Under the pieces are notes generated by a model, which did no database searches, had not been told where the DNA came from, and worked only from the letters and a program-made list of their open reading frames with translations. Shown piece by piece: positions 60,001 to 64,000 of a stretch of 64,000 bases of DNA; positions within the stretch are counted from its first letter, which is position 1, and each line of letters begins with the position of its first letter. The position numbers and the translations under genes are program-made. Source of the DNA: Iphione sp. A-MEVVRFRX5 (lineage: Eukaryota); NCBI GenBank assembly GCA_976226885.1, contig OZ320314.1:89218001-89282000 (forward strand), read 5' to 3'.

Positions 60001-62568
60001 TAACTTGATAAATAGTGCTCCCATATCAATCACTTCCAGTATCTGTTCCTATTCAGTGTCCTCTCGCCTGTGGTTTTCCCCATTACCACAGCTTTTCTGT
60101 GCTCCTTTTACTGTAGAATTCCAGACAACGATTCATACTATCCCGACTTGAGAGGTGACTAAGCATCCACCTCTTAATGCATTGTTAAGAATTTGATTGA
60201 AATTCCTAAACGTCTAGTGATCTTCAGATTCATATGAGATTTTCCGGCTTGAGGCTCTGTGTACCTGCGAAATTTCTGTACCCGTGTACCTGTGAAGAGC
60301 CTTATCATGCACACACTAGGAGACTGTGGTCTGAGTTCAGGTCTGATCAGAAGATACCACTTGCATGTTTTCGTAAACAGGTATATTGATGGGATGGGAT
60401 TTGGGGTTAGAAAACCACGGGCTGGAGATAAAAACAAAACGCCGGAGTGGTAACAGGATGATTATTGTAGGTATAAAGATGATCCAGGTCTAGACAAAGA
60501 GATATTGCTAGTGATGAAAAAGCAGTGGACTGGAAATGTGTGGAATGCAGAAGTATAGAAACAGCACACGGTTAGCAATCAGGGAGTAATAGAGTGATAA
60601 AAAAAACATTGGGAACTGATGGATTAGAGCTAACACAGTCTTCGACGTGGAGAGATTACTTCTAAAGAAAACTATTACTGATGTAGAAATGTGTAGATTA
60701 TTCGATGTATAAAGATATTGCAAGGATTGTCTGGGCCCAGAACATGGAGGTGGCTAGGAACATGTCAGTGTAAATTCTCAAGCCTCTGCCTTATACATGT
60801 CGGGGTTGAGGATTTATGTTCCATAGAGATATTTAAATTACTTATGGAGGACAAAGTTTCAGCAGTTCTGTTTCCTTTATTTTGTCTAGGTTTGGCATAT
60901 TCTCAGCGATTGGGGCTGCATTAGGCTCCATTGGTCGCCGGGCAATGGGCGAGGTGAGAGAGAGTAAAAAGATGCTTCCACCTTGTTTGAGCACCGCCAT
61001 CACAATGGCAGAACAACATAAAGACGAGTAATTGTAATGTTTCGCAAAATGAATGAGTCTTTTCGCATTGTGGTGTCACTCTTCGACTATAAACACACAT
61101 GTACTTTGCCTCGAAACCTCCTCTTCGATAGTTGATATATGGTGAAACTGTTTTGAACATTTCAGGCCAAAAAGCTTGGGATCTCAGGTAACCTGTCCGG
61201 GGATGGATACCAGAATGGTGGAACACTTATCGTCAGCAAAGGTCAGCAATTTCCCCGACTCTTAACATAGTCTTCATAGTCTTTAAATCTTTGTCCCCTG
61301 CCTCATAGAAGGGGGGGGGGCATTAGGAATGCTGCTGGCTGGTATCCTGACTATCTAACACACTCTTGTCGGTCTTATAAGTCTCAAACACTTCACTAAA
61401 AAAATGATTTTAATATATGATATTAGTATATATGGTCCCATGGAACTGGGTAATTTTGGTAGTAAAGTATTTTGAAGGTGAAATAATGACAATTTTACTC
61501 TTTTTTCTAACACACCTACAAACATACATACTTGGTTCAGGAGTTCCTAGGTCTAATAATGCACATACATGTACACATACACACTCACCAATATCTCCCT
61601 TCTACCAGTATCAGCTTGTAGCAGTCTGGTGCTCAGTGAGGCAGAACTGAGGGTGTTGTTCTCAGTCATGCAGAACTGAGGGTTTGTAGTAGTCTCATGC
61701 TCAGTAAGGCAGAACCGAGGATGCTGTGCTCAGTCATGCAGAACCAAGAGTTGTAATGTAAACCTGAAGGACTTAAACAAGCCCAGCCAACTACCCCAAA
61801 ACAAGGTGCCAATCAAGTGGTTNNNNNNNNNNNNNNNNNNNNNNNNNNNNNNNNNNNNNNNNNNNNNNNNNNNNNNNNNNNNNNNNNNNNNNNNNNNNNN
61901 NNNNNNNNNNNNNNNNNNNNNNNNNNNNNNNNNNNNNNNNNNNNNNNNNNNNNNNNNNNNNNNNNNNNNNNNNNNNNNNTCTGGGCAGTTGATGGTGGGG
62001 GACAAGAGACCTCAAAGGTCAACACTCTTGTTTTTTTACATTGACAAATATTATATGTAATACTCAGGGTCCATGTATGTGATTGGGTACAAACTACAGT
62101 TGGCTGACGATTTGTGATTCCGTCTAGAGAATTCTTACCACCCTATTAAAGGCTACCTATGTTTTATCTTGCCTTTCAATGATCACAGTTTTCAGAGGAC
62201 AAATCATTGAACTGTTTAACTTCTTGTGCTCTTCTTTAGCCGTAGTATCAATTGATAGTTAGCCTTTCAGGCTGATATCTATTAGTCAACATCCGCAACT
62301 GCTTCTGCCAGAACAATATGCCAATGCTCAGGATTTAGTAATGGCTCGAATTCCAACAGTTATGCATTTAAAGTGATATTGTTACTTGACAGAGGGGAAG
62401 GTGCTGCTTTCGTTCAAGCAGGACAACCCATCAGAGCATGTGCCACTCCAGGATGTCCTGACAGCCCTCAACATTGAAGGTGGTCCACCGCCACCTCTGG
62501 GTGAAGCTGGTGCGGAAGGAAAGCCAGAAGTAGTCTGCAATGAGGATGTGTGTGAAATAAAGAAATAA
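49859..62568 (+). CDS. PRXL2B: Peroxiredoxin-like 2B / prostamide-prostaglandin F synthase homolog (SelU2 lineage), Sec-containing, ~210 aa
   Basis: Exons 49859-49918, 54623-54827, 55186-55237, 60890-60953, 61166-61241, 62393-62568 join in frame: MAVDIAKIGKNNIKSIATGE MVKLESLWSDRAVVITFLRRFG-U-QFCR...GVGLEELG...DLYIDVNKK...GNLSGDGYQNGGTLIVSK...VLLSFKQDNP; collinear with vertebrate PRXL2B (FAM213B) as I recall it. Confidence 0.9.
50199..50681. mobile_element. MITE with long TIRs built of TTCGCCCTC units (intron 1)
   Basis: 50199-50277 is the near reverse complement of 50603-50681. Confidence 0.75.
52062..52239. mobile_element. Short Tc1/mariner/pogo-type MITE
   Basis: TA|CAGTGGAGTCTTGATTT ... 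AAATTAAGACTCCACTG|TA. Confidence 0.7.
53380..54082 (+). mobile_element. Helentron/HINE-like repeat, copy 1
   Basis: 5' TGTCCCCCGCC...GGGGGGACA, internal (CT)n, 3' GGCGGGGACAA plus GACCTCACAGGTC hairpin; a related copy lies at 61290-62030. Confidence 0.55.
54689..54691 (+). other. In-frame TGA at the first position of the UxxC motif (selenocysteine codon)
   Basis: Aligns with the first Cys of the CxxC in PRXL2B (LRRFGCVVCR); the reading frame is intact on both sides; SECIS downstream. Confidence 0.85.
55428..59872 (+). mobile_element. DIRS1-like tyrosine-recombinase retrotransposon in intron 3 of the host gene, degenerate
   Basis: Inverted terminal repeats (~55457-55500 vs ~59763-59810); internal complementary region ~59475-59595 pairing with both termini; gag-like ORF, RT (YLDD), RNase H (FTDASNEGWG), methyltransferase-like (DLFAS...YALPPF), tyrosine recombinase (YSTRAAAAS, WS..STF..FY). 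Confidence 0.9.
56800..59365 (+). pseudogene. DIRS RT-RNaseH-MT and tyrosine recombinase coding regions
   Basis: Motifs as above; frameshifts and stops (e.g. TAA near 57190); the catalytic HSTR appears as YSTR. Confidence 0.85.
61290..62030 (+). mobile_element. Helentron/HINE-like repeat, copy 2 (contains the assembly gap)
   Basis: Colinear and similar to 53380-54082. Confidence 0.55.
61823..61979. other. Assembly gap (N run)
   Basis: Run of N at the position of the microsatellite in the paralogous copy. Confidence 1.
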
Positions 62569-62611
62569 AGTAAGACATGACAAAAAACACCTCGGACAGT
62601 CTGCAGATATA

Positions 62612-63232
62612 CAGTACACTCTCTCCATTCCGGACACCCTCCGTTCTGCTTCAAATCGTCCACATTGGAGACGTGTCCGCATTGGAGATCACTACAGGGG
62701 GGTCAAACTAGAAAATAAAATCCCTTTCTCACTCTCTCTCTAACCAGTTAAGGTCCAGAAAGTACTGAATTTGACCAGTAAAAGTCCTAAAAGTCCTAAA
62801 TTTGACCAGTAGAAGTCCTAAAAGTACTGAATTTGACCAGTAAAAGTCCTAAAAGTCCTGAATTTGACCAGTAAAAGTCCTAAACGTACTGAATTTGACC
62901 AGGTAAAGTCCTAAAAGTACTGAATTTGACCAGTAAAAGTCTTAAAGTACTGAATTTGTTATTCATATCTACCTTTTAAAAATGACTTCTGGAGCCTCTC
63001 TGAGGCCCCAAAGTCGCGCGACAACACCTCGTCTACACTGGTTATTCATATCTATCTTTGAAAAAGGACTTCTGGAGTGTCCACAGACAGACGCTCTTTA
63101 AAATTAGTCGTCCGCATTCAAGACGTTCCCTTATAATGGTTAACTATAGGAACTCAGTCGGTTCTGCGTCAAATCGTCCGCATTGTAGACGCGTCCGCTT
63201 CTGAGACGCGTCCGCAGGCAGGGAGTGTACTG
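62612..63232. mobile_element. Tc1/mariner/pogo-type MITE with internal ~30-bp tandem repeats, in the 3'UTR intron
   Basis: TA|CAGTACACTC ... GAGTGTACTG|TA; CTGAATTTGACCAGTAAAAGTCCTAAAAGT repeats at 62760-62960. Confidence 0.75.
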
Positions 63233-63554
63233 TAGTTCCTTTAAACCACAGATGATATCGTTCTATTTCAAATGTAAGTTATGTGACAGAAGCATGGCTG
63301 ATATACTCAGTCCTTAATTGATTTTTCATGGATAGCTGTTGTGAAATTTCTCTTATTAACTATGAGTGATCGGTGGAGTTACTGATTTAATACAAGGTCA
63401 TTTTGTAAAATAGTGTGGAGCACCCTATCCTTTCAGTCCGGAATGCAAATTTGACATTGATGTCTTTTCTTTTCTTACAGGTGTTAGGTCCAGGTATGTA
63501 GATCAGGTGGGCCCTGTTGGAATGAACCAAACACTTGACCGTTAGAAGGGTTCG

Positions 63555-63627
63555 GGATGCCATTTATGATGGGAGAGTGTCAAACTGTTCACTGCAGACC
63601 ACTCTTCCTGACTTCTCCTGTGCCTCC
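63555..63627 (+). promoter_or_regulatory. Eukaryotic SECIS element
   Basis: ATGA(63566)-T-GGGAGAGTGTC-AAA...GAC-C-ACTCTTCC-TGAC: AUGA/GA quartet, 11-bp helix II with one bulge, AAA 12 nt after AUGA, lower helix GGATGCCA/TGTGCCTCC. Confidence 0.85.
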
Positions 63628-64000
63628 ATGAGTGTCAATGGACAGGCCATCTTGGGACCCTTCTGTTAGTTGATTGTTGGTTGTTGCAACACTGCTCCCC
63701 AAGTCTACGTATGAAAGACTACATGTGGCAAACTGACAGAAATCCACGAACCAGAAAGTATGACAGAATTAGACAAATCGTATCTATTCTGCCAAGTTTC
63801 CATTTGTAAGTATTTAAGGTCTTACAAGAATGCCATTGTAACAGGATGTTAAGTATGAGCGGTATCATATATCAGTGTAAAGTTAATTCATGCTACTTTT
63901 TATTAACATGAAGCCAAAGGGTCGACATTATTGTACCCCACATCCGACCGCAGAGCCTAAATGTTCCTATTTTTGATGAAAGCATTCCTAATACAGGAGA

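Noticed and set aside
61730-62060. ORFs spanning the N run
   Set aside because: Artefacts of the assembly gap.
63240-63330. Other ATGA...AA...GA SECIS-like candidates (also near 63760)
   Set aside because: Poor helix II or no GA quartet; the first also lies in the 3'UTR intron. Only 63555-63627 fits.

Overview
This is repeat-rich DNA from a eukaryote, probably an invertebrate animal, judging by spliceosomal introns, nested transposons and one assembly gap. No prokaryotic genes, rRNA, tRNA or CRISPR arrays are present. One host gene can be reconstructed: a PRXL2B/SelU2-like (prostamide/prostaglandin-F synthase family) gene at 49859-62568 (+). It has an in-frame TGA in a UxxC redox motif and a canonical SECIS in a separate 3'UTR exon, so it is most likely a selenoprotein. 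The rest is mobile DNA. (1) Two complete tRNA-Leu-primed Ty3/Gypsy elements, each with an extra 3' ORF. In element 1 this ORF is a two-finger C2H2 protein behind its own CCAAT/CCAAT/TATA internal promoter, and its N- and C-terminal motifs appear shared with element 2. (2) An 11.5-kb PIF/Harbinger element with an intact five-exon transposase, a Myb/SANT-like gene with two possible alternative 3' halves, and a nested antisense gene for a small Cys-rich protein. (3) A Penelope-like GIY-YIG element followed by another C2H2 ORF, and a minimal hammerhead ribozyme. (4) An intron-containing piggyBac, a DIRS1-like element, several LINE fragments (one flanked by a 371-bp duplication), MITEs and Helentron-like repeats. 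All translations, splice models and alignments were done by eye and need computational confirmation.
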